Below, one piece after another: positions 10,142-19,914 of a stretch of DNA of 49,524 nucleotides. A program made the position numbers and the translations under genes. The stretch's first letter is position 1. The number at the start of each line of letters is the position of its first letter. This stretch comes from Promethearchaeota archaeon. Lineage in GTDB: Archaea > Asgardarchaeota > Lokiarchaeia > Sigyniarchaeales > SOKP01. Location of the stretch: contig JAHPZI010000020.1 in the NCBI GenBank assembly GCA_019058295.1, forward strand, positions 42,632-92,155, read 5' to 3'. The notes below the pieces were generated by a model. It had not been told where the DNA came from. It did not search any database and was given only the letters and a program-made list of their open reading frames with translations.

Positions 10142-11406
10142 GCCTCAGTATATTTTGGGGGTTCTTCAGGAATTTCTGCTATTTTAAATGTTTTTTTTGA
10201 GAATATTTTTGGCACTTGTTTTAGTATCGTACCCCAGAAAAACTTTTTTGCTCTTTTTTTTTTCGCTTTTTGATTTAAACTAGGTTTTTCTTCAATTGCC
10301 ATTTGTAATAATTCAATTATATGATAAACTTTAAGTTTTTTAAAGTAAAGTTTTTTATTTGCTGTAAATGTCGCTAAACACCCCGCACAATAGACGCAAA
10401 CAGCATCTGCTTTTGTTTTTTTGAACTCTTTAAAATTTCGTAATGTAGAAGCTCTTATTTTAAAGGGCTGATAAGCAGAATCTACTGAAAATCCAGCTCC
10501 AATTCCGCAACATCTCATGTTCTCCCGGCATGCTTCAATCTCGATAACTTTAACTCCAATCTTCTCAAGAATTTTGCGAGGTAAATCCATATATTCTTCT
10601 CCAAACATTTTGGAATAACAAGAATCTTGAATAGTTACTGACATGTTTAATTTCGTCTTAATTTGGATTTCCCCGCTTTGTATTTTCTCCCATAAATATT
10701 GAATATAAGACTTCACCTCATCAAACTTATATGTTAACCCATAGTGAGGAAGCACATTCTTGAATATATTTGTACCTGCGGTGCATAAAATCAAGAGTTT
10801 TTTTGGTTTTAATATATTAAACCATTTATCTAGTCGTTTTGTTATTTGAAAGAGCTCATCTCTATACCCTGTACGAAAAAGAGTCTCACCACAACAATAT
10901 TCTAGACGCCCTCTAATCTCTAAATCTTTGAAGAAACTTGCTTGGGTGAGTTCAGCAAAAGTTATAACATTGCATCCTGGATATGTAAGTGTATCTCCTT
11001 TAAGGGGTTCTAATGTCGCCCATTTACTTACCAATTCTTTGGTCTCTTTTGGTAAATGTTCCATCACATAGGAACGAAAATTAGGATAATGAGGATACAA
11101 TGTCATATAAAATTCGCCCCTTTTTCTTAATCCTTCCTTTCCATATTGCTCATTCCATCGCTGTAATATTAAACTGGCTGGATGAGCATTTGTAGGACAA
11201 TAAAAATTACAAGAAAAACAACTTTGGCATTCTGTTAATATTTTCTTAGTTTTTTCACCAGAAATCAATTTTTTCATCTCCATAACTGCTTCCTCTTTAG
11301 ATAAATGTATAATTGGGCAATTTAAAAAGCATTCACCGCATAAAGTGCAAGCTTCTTTATTAAATGGTGAAAAAAAGGTAATATCTATAGGTTCAATCTT
11401 AGTCAT
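10135..11406 (-). CDS. HdrD/GlpC-like Fe-S oxidoreductase (2x[4Fe-4S] + two CCG domains)
   Basis: CTLCGECFLNCP, CQSCFSCNFYCP, YPGC, YCCG, QDSC, RCCG, CAGC; overlaps the downstream paralog by 7 nt. Confidence 0.85.
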   Translation of the reverse strand: MTKIEPIDITFFSPFNKEACTLCGECFLNCPIIHLSKEEAVMEMKKLISGEKTKKILTECQSCFSCNFYCPTNAHPASLILQRWNEQYGKEGLRKRGEFYMTLYPHYPNFRSYVMEHLPKETKELVSKWATLEPLKGDTLTYPGCNVITFAELTQASFFKDLEIRGRLEYCCGETLFRTGYRDELFQITKRLDKWFNILKPKKLLILCTAGTNIFKNVLPHYGLTYKFDEVKSYIQYLWEKIQSGEIQIKTKLNMSVTIQDSCYSKMFGEEYMDLPRKILEKIGVKVIEIEACRENMRCCGIGAGFSVDSAYQPFKIRASTLRNFKEFKKTKADAVCVYCAGCLATFTANKKLYFKKLKVYHIIELLQMAIEEKPSLNQKAKKKRAKKFFWGTILKQVPKIFSKKTFKIAEIPEEPPKYTEAW

Positions 11407-11641
11407 ATTATTAATATAGAGAAAAAAACAAATTAAGATTATTATTCATTTATAAAAGGATTTAAAGATTTTTACATCTTTACTAGAAGCAATTTTTCAT
11501 TCCATCTTTTAATTCTATATTTTTTTTATAAGGCTGTCTACCTTCTATAAAATCATCGGCAGATAAACTTAAAAGAAAATTTGAAAAAAAAATTAATCAG
11601 ATTAATGAATAATCAAAAAAAAAAAAGTTAATTTTTTGTAT

Positions 11642-14314
11642 TTATTTCTTTTCCTCTTCTAAAATTTGTGTTTTTTTTGCCATTTCTTTTTTTGGTTCTT
11701 CTACTGTTTTTTTTGTTGTAGCAGCTTTTTTTTCCTCAGGAGCTTTTATTGATTCTCCTTTTGTTTTTTCCACAGATATTTTTTTTGTAATAAGTTCTTT
11801 TCCTTCAGGAGTTTTTTTTGCTGTTACTTTTTTTTTTTCCACAGATTTTCCTATTTTAGCAAGTTTTTTTTTCTTAATAAGATATATTGAGATACCTATG
11901 GCACCAATACCAGAAGCAGCTCCAACTCCAATTGAGATTGGAATCCAAGGTTCAATTAATTTTTCCTCCACTCCTTTTTCGTCGTCATCATCCCCAGCAG
12001 GAATACCGCCATGAGTTACAACGCCTTTATCAATAACTTCAGGATCCACACCGATATAAAATACAAAATCTTTTTGTTCAAAACCACCAGTAGCGTCTAT
12101 ACTGCCGCTTAATTTTATTAAATTCTCAGTAGGATCTACAGTTATAGGTTCTAAAGATATGCTATAGTTTCCAGGTTCACCAATAACTTCAGAGCTATCA
12201 CCAGATACATCGGTGCCATTCCATAATAATGTACCAAAAGTTAAACCTGTAATCCCTTGATTATTGCTCGCATTAAAAACGAAAAAAGTGATATTAAACC
12301 AATCTTCTGAGTAAATTTGTTTTACAAGATCTATACCTAACTTTTTAAAACTTACTACTGGTACCGAACTTGGTTCCACAGCGATTGAAGTATTTAGGTT
12401 TCCATCAGCGTAACCAGTTTTGATCGCGGTTAAGTTAAACCATAATCCCGGCGCACCTGCAGTAACAAATTTCGCAGTTACATTTAAATTAAACGTTCCA
12501 TCGCCATTATCTGTAATATTCTCAGGCGCAGTGAGAGCAATACCATCCCATTTTCCTGAAAGCGACACACCTTTAATCAGATCTCCTGTACAATTTATAA
12601 TCTCCACTACAAATTCAAATGTTTCATTATTATATCTTTCTTTTATTATATTAACACTAAGCTTTGGTTTGGGCACGGCGATTTGAGTTTTTAAAGTTCC
12701 ATTAGCATATGGTCCAAGATGAGCGGTTAAGTTAAGCCATATTGCTGGATCTCCTTGATTAACATGTTTTGCTGGTAGTGCTAAACTATATTTTCCAGAA
12801 CCTCCACCAGTGGGAGTAATATCTCCTACTTGAATTTGATATGTTCCCCATTTTCCATTAATTTCACATCCATCCATTTGATTCCCCCATAAATCTAAAA
12901 CTCTTATAGTGAAATAAAACGTTGAATCCGTATATATTGATTTAATTAGTTCTATTAATAATCTATTAGGCATGATATATGTTGGAACTTGATAGAAGTA
13001 GAAAAGATCTGGTTTTGACAGCCTTGAATACTGAATCAAAACAGTATAATCAGAAAACTTGCCTGAGGATATTATAAACCAATAATCTATTTTAAAGCTC
13101 CAAGATAACCAATTAAATAATATTATCCAATGTAGATATGTGTCTTCGATTTGCCAAATTTCAATAGAAATCCATTCCCATTCAATTATAACTGAAGTTA
13201 TTAAGAATTTTACTTCTAATTCTAAAAGAGGCCAAGTAAAATGATATAAGACATCTACAATATCCCATAAAAAAACAGTAATAACTACATATGAATCTCC
13301 AGATCCACTAAACAACGTTAAATAATCAAGAAACCAATAGAAAGATAGATTAGCAACCCAAAGGGGGCCACCTGGCATTGGAACTTTTTTATGCAAACCC
13401 GTAAACATCAATGAGATTTCTTCAGTCTCTTTTTTTGTAAATAACAGTTCATATGTATTATTATAGTTAATTAAGATTGTATTATTCGCAGATGTAATAT
13501 TTATCAAATCTTTACCATAAAATGTTAAAGAAGGATTGTTCCATTCTAATACACGGCTATAATCAATCATATTATTACTTTCGTAAACACCAGATTCATT
13601 TACAATATAATGATTAAAATCAGTTTCTTGCCATTTGAACTGATTTAAAGTCTCGTTATAATCTAAATGAACCTTGAAATAATAGTCATCAGAGTATAAT
13701 TTTGTTAAATTATATTGTAAATCGTAGCCATCTGCTCTATTATGTTCATAATTAATCTTCTCTATTAAATCAATATCACCATCTGCCTCATAAGAACTGA
13801 TATTAAAGTTATCTAAATAATTCCCTACTGTATTTTTTTTAGCTTCCAAAGTAGCATTATAAAACCAAGCAGCGGGTGTATAATATACAAAAAATCTATT
13901 ATCACTATGGGTCACCTCAGTACTCAATTCTACTCCATCAAATATTATTGGTTCGAGATAAGTTACTGTTTTACCAATAACTCCCTCGGAAATAATATCA
14001 CGAGAACTATTTAAGCTAACACCTGCTAAATCACTTTGTTTTGATGAATCGACTTGAAATGGTATACCATCACTTTCAATTGTAGTCGTAGTCCAGTTAT
14101 TATCAGGATTGGCTTCAATCGTCATATTATTCGCATCATCCCAATCATAGAATTGTTGATAAGAAGCCTGCGATTTGGGTTTGGATAGGATATTTTCATT
14201 GGATATTTCATTGTCTTTTAGAACTATAGGCTTTGGAAAAGTAATTTGAAAGAAAGACGCCAAGATAACCGAGATAAAAACTAGGCTTAAAATCATCTTG
14301 TTTGCTTTTTTCAT
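11642..14314 (-). CDS. Large membrane-anchored cell-surface protein: signal peptide, Trp-rich segment, three Ig-like repeats, C-terminal TM helix and Lys-rich tail
   Basis: MKKANK + hydrophobic stretch; DNGDGTF (Big_1/invasin-like) motif in repeat 2; acidic GDDDDE linker; WIPISIGVGAASGIGAIGISIYLI followed by KKKK; many NxS/T sequons; AGGTGA 6 nt before ATG. Confidence 0.75.
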   Translation of the reverse strand: MKKANKMILSLVFISVILASFFQITFPKPIVLKDNEISNENILSKPKSQASYQQFYDWDDANNMTIEANPDNNWTTTTIESDGIPFQVDSSKQSDLAGVSLNSSRDIISEGVIGKTVTYLEPIIFDGVELSTEVTHSDNRFFVYYTPAAWFYNATLEAKKNTVGNYLDNFNISSYEADGDIDLIEKINYEHNRADGYDLQYNLTKLYSDDYYFKVHLDYNETLNQFKWQETDFNHYIVNESGVYESNNMIDYSRVLEWNNPSLTFYGKDLINITSANNTILINYNNTYELLFTKKETEEISLMFTGLHKKVPMPGGPLWVANLSFYWFLDYLTLFSGSGDSYVVITVFLWDIVDVLYHFTWPLLELEVKFLITSVIIEWEWISIEIWQIEDTYLHWIILFNWLSWSFKIDYWFIISSGKFSDYTVLIQYSRLSKPDLFYFYQVPTYIMPNRLLIELIKSIYTDSTFYFTIRVLDLWGNQMDGCEINGKWGTYQIQVGDITPTGGGSGKYSLALPAKHVNQGDPAIWLNLTAHLGPYANGTLKTQIAVPKPKLSVNIIKERYNNETFEFVVEIINCTGDLIKGVSLSGKWDGIALTAPENITDNGDGTFNLNVTAKFVTAGAPGLWFNLTAIKTGYADGNLNTSIAVEPSSVPVVSFKKLGIDLVKQIYSEDWFNITFFVFNASNNQGITGLTFGTLLWNGTDVSGDSSEVIGEPGNYSISLEPITVDPTENLIKLSGSIDATGGFEQKDFVFYIGVDPEVIDKGVVTHGGIPAGDDDDEKGVEEKLIEPWIPISIGVGAASGIGAIGISIYLIKKKKLAKIGKSVEKKKVTAKKTPEGKELITKKISVEKTKGESIKAPEEKKAATTKKTVEEPKKEMAKKTQILEEEKK

Positions 14315-14435
14315 TATATTTCACCTTTTTTGTTAAATAATTATATATAAAATAATTATATAATAAAACATATAATCTTAATTTCTATTAATTTCGAAAA
14401 TATATTCAATATATTATTTATATCATATTACATGT

Positions 14436-15929
14436 TTGGGAGAGAAAGAAAAGATGAATAGTAGCAAATTAGTTAGTGAATTAGAAAAAATAGTAGGAGA
14501 TAATTATGTTTCAGAAGAACCTGAAATAACATTTTTATATCACTATGATTTTATTACAGCTGAGCCAGAGGGCAAATGTGATATCGCAATTATGCCAGGG
14601 TCAGCTGAAGAAGTACAAGAAATCGTTAAAATTGCCAATAAAAATAAAATTCCACTAGTTCCGTGGGTTTCGGGGATTAATTTCGGTTCGATTGCCACCC
14701 CAAGAAGGGGAGGGATCGTAGTTGACATGAGGAGACTAAATAAAGTCTTGGAAGTAAATGAGGATGACATGTATGCAGTTATTGAAGGTGGGATTACTTG
14801 GGCGGACTTAAAGGGTTATCTGGACGCACATCACCCCGATCTTAAGGCAGGAGTCACATGGTCTCCCCCTGGAACTGGAGTCGTACCTTCATGTTTATGC
14901 TATGGAATGTTTGATCTGGGAATGATTGGAGGCACGGGTGCCGAATTTATAAATGGTTTAGAAGTAGTGCTCGGTTCTGGCGAGCTAGTGAAAGTAGGCT
15001 CTTGTGCTCTTTCTAACTTATGGTATGGTCGGCAGCCTTTACCTGATTTAGCAGGATTATTTATAGGATGGGAAGGTACCACGGGTATAGTCACTAAAAT
15101 GGCTATCAAATTATGGCCAAAATTGCCATTTCGAACGGATTATATTTCAATGGCTCAAACAATGGAGGAAGGTGTTCCCATGATGCTTAAGCTTTCTAAA
15201 GCAGGATTGGGTATTATTGATCTTTGTATAATTAATTTAGGGTGGGCTCAATCGCTCTTTTGTTTTGATTCAAAAAATTTAGCTATAGATCCTATAGAAT
15301 TAGGTCTTGCAGATTTTTTTGGAATAATAACCACTCAAGCTTATACAGAAGAACAGCATAATGCTCAATGCAAAGCCATTGAAGAAATATGTAGCGAATT
15401 TAACGTCACACCTCTTACAGCAGATATACAAGTAAAGAATTTTCCTGAAAACCTGCTAGGTATTATGCACCATATTTCACCCTCGACAGGTGGACAAACA
15501 CCAATTCATTTCTGGGGTTGCTGGAATTTTTCAAGAGGTGGCGGGGGAGAATGGATCGGTTCATATTGCTCTACAAGGAATATTCTTAAATATTATCAAT
15601 TGTCTCGAAAAGTATGTATAAAATACGATAACCCACCACAATTTTATAGCAGGTTAATGATGGGGGGTCATTATTGCGTAGCTCGGACAAACATTAACTT
15701 TAATAAAAATGATCCGGAAGAAATCCAAAAAGCAAGAGACTGTCTGAAAGAAATCCATGAAGCCGTTCAGAACATAGATGGCGTAGTCATGTATAAACCT
15801 CCTACATGGGCAGTAGAACATAATAAAAACAAAACTCTTCCCGCAACAAATACTCTTATTAAAAAAATCAAGAAATTACTTGATCCTAATGATATCATGA
15901 ATCCAGGACAAGGTATTGAAGGTGAATAA
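14436..15929 (+). CDS. FAD-binding oxidoreductase (VAO/PCMH fold, GlcD/LdhA-like), paralog 1; probable start ATG 14454
   Basis: PGSAEEVQEIVKIAN, VDMRRLN, GLEVVLGSG, GLFIGWEGTTGIVTK, LDPNDIMNPG. Confidence 0.9.
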   Translation: MGEKEKMNSSKLVSELEKIVGDNYVSEEPEITFLYHYDFITAEPEGKCDIAIMPGSAEEVQEIVKIANKNKIPLVPWVSGINFGSIATPRRGGIVVDMRRLNKVLEVNEDDMYAVIEGGITWADLKGYLDAHHPDLKAGVTWSPPGTGVVPSCLCYGMFDLGMIGGTGAEFINGLEVVLGSGELVKVGSCALSNLWYGRQPLPDLAGLFIGWEGTTGIVTKMAIKLWPKLPFRTDYISMAQTMEEGVPMMLKLSKAGLGIIDLCIINLGWAQSLFCFDSKNLAIDPIELGLADFFGIITTQAYTEEQHNAQCKAIEEICSEFNVTPLTADIQVKNFPENLLGIMHHISPSTGGQTPIHFWGCWNFSRGGGGEWIGSYCSTRNILKYYQLSRKVCIKYDNPPQFYSRLMMGGHYCVARTNINFNKNDPEEIQKARDCLKEIHEAVQNIDGVVMYKPPTWAVEHNKNKTLPATNTLIKKIKKLLDPNDIMNPGQGIEGE

Positions 15930-17175
15930 AATTACAGAGAAGAAAGAAAGCAATTTCTTACCTGGAAAAGGAATTACAAAAATTACAACTGTTCCGAATC
16001 AACAAGAACTTGAGAGAAATAAAGAGTTAGAATATTATAAGGACATATTCTACCAATGTGGGAAATGTGGAACTTGCAGAACAGCATATCATGAAAATGG
16101 GTGGCCTCGGATATGTCCTTCTGGAGAATTCGGAAAGTTTGAAGCTTATTATCTTGGTGGCAAAAATCTCCTAACCTGGGCAATATCAACAGATCAGCTC
16201 AAATGGACGGAGAATTTGGCTAAAATCTTTTATAAATGTTCTGTATGTCTTGCATGTACTCAGCAATGTCAGATTCCTGAAATCCATCATTATGCGGGTG
16301 AGTGGTTGATGGCCATGAGAGAGGAAGCTGTTAGACAAGGATATGGTCCCATGCCCGAACAAGTGAAATATACTGAACATGTTATGAAAGAAAACAATCC
16401 ATACATGGAAAAACACAAAGATCGAACTAATTGGCTACCATCCTATATCAAGTTATCACCAAATGCCAAACTAGCTTATTTTATTGGATGCACAACTAGT
16501 TATAGGGAGCAAGAAGTCGCAATTGCCACCTCTGAAATATTAAATTCACTCGATATCGAATTTAGAATTTTAGATGATGAGCGATGTTGTGGTTCTCCAG
16601 TATATATGACGGGTCAAACTGATAAGGCAAAAGCGATAGCTGAAGAGAATATCAAAATATTCAAGGAAGCGGGCATTGAGAAAATAATAACATCTTGTGC
16701 TGGGTGTTATCGAACATTAAAGGATACTTATCCAAACAAATATGGTTTAGATCACGGTATTGAAATATTTCATCTTCCAGAATTTCTATTAGATAAGATG
16801 AAAAATGGAGAATTGAAATTCAATAAAAGTCTCAATATGAAAATTACTTATCATGATCCTTGCCATATTGGTCGTCATATGGGGATATACGAACCACCGA
16901 GAGAAGTCTTAAAAGATATTCCCGGAATAGAATTAATCGAAATGAATCGTAATAGACAGAATGCTTGGTGTTGTGGTTCAGGTGGTGGCGTTCGATCAGC
17001 TTTTAAGAACCTATCTGCTTTTGCTGCGGATGAGCGAATATTGGAAGCAAAAGAAACTAAAGCAGAAGCAATTGTCTCATGTTGTCCCTTCTGTTTAAAT
17101 CAATTTAAGACAAATATTAAAAATAATGAAATTATGGCTTTTGACCTCTCTGAGTTGGTTAGAAAAGCATTATAA
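15916..17175 (+). CDS. HdrD/GlcF-like (Fe-S)-binding protein, partner of FAD oxidoreductase 1
   Basis: CGKCGTC...CP, CSVCLACTQQC, FIGC, CCGSP, SCAGC, HDPCH, CCGSGGG, CCPFC. Confidence 0.9.
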   Translation: MKVNKITEKKESNFLPGKGITKITTVPNQQELERNKELEYYKDIFYQCGKCGTCRTAYHENGWPRICPSGEFGKFEAYYLGGKNLLTWAISTDQLKWTENLAKIFYKCSVCLACTQQCQIPEIHHYAGEWLMAMREEAVRQGYGPMPEQVKYTEHVMKENNPYMEKHKDRTNWLPSYIKLSPNAKLAYFIGCTTSYREQEVAIATSEILNSLDIEFRILDDERCCGSPVYMTGQTDKAKAIAEENIKIFKEAGIEKIITSCAGCYRTLKDTYPNKYGLDHGIEIFHLPEFLLDKMKNGELKFNKSLNMKITYHDPCHIGRHMGIYEPPREVLKDIPGIELIEMNRNRQNAWCCGSGGGVRSAFKNLSAFAADERILEAKETKAEAIVSCCPFCLNQFKTNIKNNEIMAFDLSELVRKAL

Positions 17176-17187
17176 TAGATAAATTCT

Positions 17188-17210
17188 TTAATTTTTATTC
17201 TTTTTTTATT
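17188..17210 (+). terminator. Possible archaeal oligo(T) terminator/attenuator after HdrD-like gene 1
   Basis: atttttattctttttttt; a near-identical tract follows paralog 2 (~23985-24004) and a T-tract follows paralog 3 (~28017-28035). Confidence 0.35.
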
Positions 17211-17234
17211 AGTAAAAATAGGTAATAATTATTA

Positions 17235-18005
17235 GTGTCATATAAAAAGATTATAGAAAATATTAGGACTTTTGTTGATCAAGAAGTCCAAAAGGGAAAA
17301 AAATTAACAATTTTTAAAAGAAATTCAACTCCTTCTAATTATTTTAAAAAATTCAATATTAATGTTGGTCTAGATAAGTGTAAAGATATCATTCTTCAAG
17401 AGGAAACTAAAATTGAACTAGGTGGAGAAGGATATAAATCTTTTTCAATTGTTTATCCAATATCTGATTTAGAATATGTAATGGATGGTGATATTATTTT
17501 AATTGGAAAAGAAATTGAGGACATCTCTGACCGAAATTTGGATTTTGGAATGTTTATTTTAATTGGAGGCACAAGAATTTCAGAAAAAGATAGGGATGAT
17601 ATGAGGCGGTTCAATTTCCTTTCAAATGGGGTTGAAGGATTTATGATAAGAACAATCCCCCGAAGATTTTGGTGTAGAATTAGTGAGGATCTAATAAAAA
17701 AGGATTTTTCTTTTGAATTTTTTGGAAATGCTATAATGTATTTATATAAGCAAAAATTTAAGGATTTAATCGAATCTATTGAGATTTTATTTATTAATTC
17801 ATATCCAAATACCATAAACGAGTTTATTGAGACCACATCTGAGATTCGGGAACAAATTAGTGCAAAATGGAAAAAAAAGATTGAAGAATGGAAAAAAAGA
17901 ATAGATTGCGAGTACGATTGGGCATGTGAAATATGTCCCTATCAAGAAGATTGCTTTAAAATAAAGGAAACATTAGTAGAGAGAGATCTATTAGATGAAA
18001 GATAA
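17235..18005 (+). CDS. Truncated acetyl-CoA synthase beta (CdhC/AcsB)-like protein lacking the A-cluster domain, with C-terminal 4-Cys motif
   Basis: IELGG..KSF, DGDIILIG..I.DI, GVEGFM, WCRISE...K.FSF...G match my recollection of the CdhC N-terminal/AcsB middle domain; ends CEYDWACEICPYQEDC. Confidence 0.7.
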   Translation: MSYKKIIENIRTFVDQEVQKGKKLTIFKRNSTPSNYFKKFNINVGLDKCKDIILQEETKIELGGEGYKSFSIVYPISDLEYVMDGDIILIGKEIEDISDRNLDFGMFILIGGTRISEKDRDDMRRFNFLSNGVEGFMIRTIPRRFWCRISEDLIKKDFSFEFFGNAIMYLYKQKFKDLIESIEILFINSYPNTINEFIETTSEIREQISAKWKKKIEEWKKRIDCEYDWACEICPYQEDCFKIKETLVERDLLDER

Positions 18006-18777
18006 ATTAATTGAAAATACTCCACTAACAATAGCGGTTGTTGGAAAGGGAGGGGTTGGTAAAAGCGTTGTAACAACTCTTTTAGCTAAAGTAATCTCCC
18101 AATCCTATAACTACAAACTGCTCTTAATCGATGCCGACCCTACACACCCTCACCTTTCTCATATGGTGAAGCTAGTTCCAAAGCAAAGTCTTGAAGCAAT
18201 TAGAAATGATGTTATAGAAAGTACTTTAAAAAATGGAAAATCTCCAAAAAAAATAGCTCAAAATCTTGATTTTAAAGTATATAACTCTATGGCAGAAAGC
18301 AAAGATTATTGTTTATTTTCAATTGGTCAACCTGAAGGACCAGGCTGTTTTTGTCCATCAAATGCTCTCTTGAAAAGAGTAATTAAATCGATTTCTAAGG
18401 ATTTTGATGTCATTCTTATGGATTGTGAAGCTGGACTTGAGCAAATTAATAGGTTGGTTTTAGAGTCTGTAGATATTATTTTGATTGTAACAGATATTTC
18501 TCTTAGAAGTGTAGAAACGGCAAATTCTATTAGGAAAAGCGCTAAAAAATTTACAAACTATAAAAAACTAGGGATTCTCGTTAATAAAGTGAAAGGAAAC
18601 ATAGATCTTATAATAGAAAAGTTAAATCAATTGAATTTACCACTTTTAGGACAGATACCTGAAGATGATACTATTATAAAACAAGATCTAGAAGGTAAAC
18701 CTATTATCGATTTACCTGAAGATGCACCTAGTTTGAATGTCATTAAAAGTTTGGTAAAAGAAATACTTAGTATGTAG
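17995..18777 (+). CDS. cooC: CooC/AcsF-type nickel-insertion ATPase (MinD/SIMIBI class)
   Basis: GKGGVGKS deviant Walker A, DADP, GPGCFCP (CxC metal site), DCEAGLE, VNKV, IPED. Confidence 0.85.
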   Translation: MKDKLIENTPLTIAVVGKGGVGKSVVTTLLAKVISQSYNYKLLLIDADPTHPHLSHMVKLVPKQSLEAIRNDVIESTLKNGKSPKKIAQNLDFKVYNSMAESKDYCLFSIGQPEGPGCFCPSNALLKRVIKSISKDFDVILMDCEAGLEQINRLVLESVDIILIVTDISLRSVETANSIRKSAKKFTNYKKLGILVNKVKGNIDLIIEKLNQLNLPLLGQIPEDDTIIKQDLEGKPIIDLPEDAPSLNVIKSLVKEILSM

Positions 18778-18783
18778 AAAAAT

Positions 18784-19914
18784 TTACATGGTTATAAGGT
18801 CTCCTATAGAATATTGCCCCCCGAATTTAGTACCTTTTTCAGGAACGTTTTCCCGGACTTTCACCATTTTAATTGCGTCTTTAGGACAATTTGCTGCGCA
18901 CACTCCACATCCAATGCACAATTCTTCCCTTATAACCATTTTTTCATCAGATAAATCCGCTTCTATAGGAAATTTGTGGTATATTGCTTCACCTGGGCAT
19001 TTTCTCATGCAAGTTTCACATTTAATACATAGTTCCATATTAATTTTGGGTGAATAATTGGAAGCTATAGAACCTTTAACATGCATTAATCGTGCGGGAT
19101 ATAACGCACCACAATGACAACTGCAACAATTACATATAAACATACCTGGTTCTGTGGTTCCAAAACTTGCATTATGCACAAGTCCTGCCTTCTCGGTATC
19201 TTTAAGAAATTGAATTGCCTCTTCTTTAGTCAAAAGTCGACCATCATCACACATGGTAGGAATTGCTTGGGCAGCCAATCCAACTATAAAGCATCCCATC
19301 TCTGCTGGTGCTATTTTACATGGTTCACCTGTTAATTCACCGATTAGCCTACATTGGCAAGGGATTACAGCAAAATGCTCATTTTTATCAATCAAATCTT
19401 TTACTAACTCATAAGAAAGTGCTTGGGATTCATAATCTAAGGATTCATTAATTTCAATTAATTTCTCTTTAGCCTCGTAAGGAAGTAAAGGTCGAAATAT
19501 TTTGTGAACACCTTCATAAGCTGCTGCTGGCGAAAATTTCTTAAAAATCTCGCGATATAATTTAGCAGCTTCTTTCTGATTCTCTTCAGTATCTTTCCGT
19601 ACAATAAAATATTTCTCGAAAACACCAGGTACTAAGGGCAGTAGAGTATATCTGGCTCCTTTCTTAGCTATCGTCCCATTCCTTATAGATCTATTTAAAA
19701 TCTTTTTGATTTCACCTTTAGGGATACCAGTTTTTTCTTCAAGTGCTTTTAGGCTTATAAAATTTCCAACCTTTCCAAAATGAGAAAGTATTTTTATCTC
19801 TTCCTCATTCCAGAAAACTTTTAATAATTTTATTATTTTTTTATGTTTAGGGGCATTTAATGGACCTAATACTAAATTTTGTCTTACTTTTTCATAGTAA
19901 TCAATTTCAGTCAT
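18784..19914 (-). CDS. Cys-rich 4Fe-4S dicluster (polyferredoxin-like) protein with N-terminal helical/wHTH-like region
   Basis: PCQCR, GCF, AEKAGLVH-like segment, ICNCCSCHCG, CIKCETCMRKCP, CIGCGVCAANCP. Confidence 0.8.
   Translation of the reverse strand: MTEIDYYEKVRQNLVLGPLNAPKHKKIIKLLKVFWNEEEIKILSHFGKVGNFISLKALEEKTGIPKGEIKKILNRSIRNGTIAKKGARYTLLPLVPGVFEKYFIVRKDTEENQKEAAKLYREIFKKFSPAAAYEGVHKIFRPLLPYEAKEKLIEINESLDYESQALSYELVKDLIDKNEHFAVIPCQCRLIGELTGEPCKIAPAEMGCFIVGLAAQAIPTMCDDGRLLTKEEAIQFLKDTEKAGLVHNASFGTTEPGMFICNCCSCHCGALYPARLMHVKGSIASNYSPKINMELCIKCETCMRKCPGEAIYHKFPIEADLSDEKMVIREELCIGCGVCAANCPKDAIKMVKVRENVPEKGTKFGGQYSIGDLITM

Noticed and set aside
11483-11580. Minus-strand fragment LSLSADDFIEGRQPYKKN resembling an old-yellow-enzyme motif
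   Set aside because: About 30 codons, no start, resemblance limited to a few residues; could be chance.
17235-18777. Wood-Ljungdahl CODH/ACS operon
   Set aside because: The CdhC-like protein lacks the A-cluster domain and no cdhA/B/D/E genes are present.
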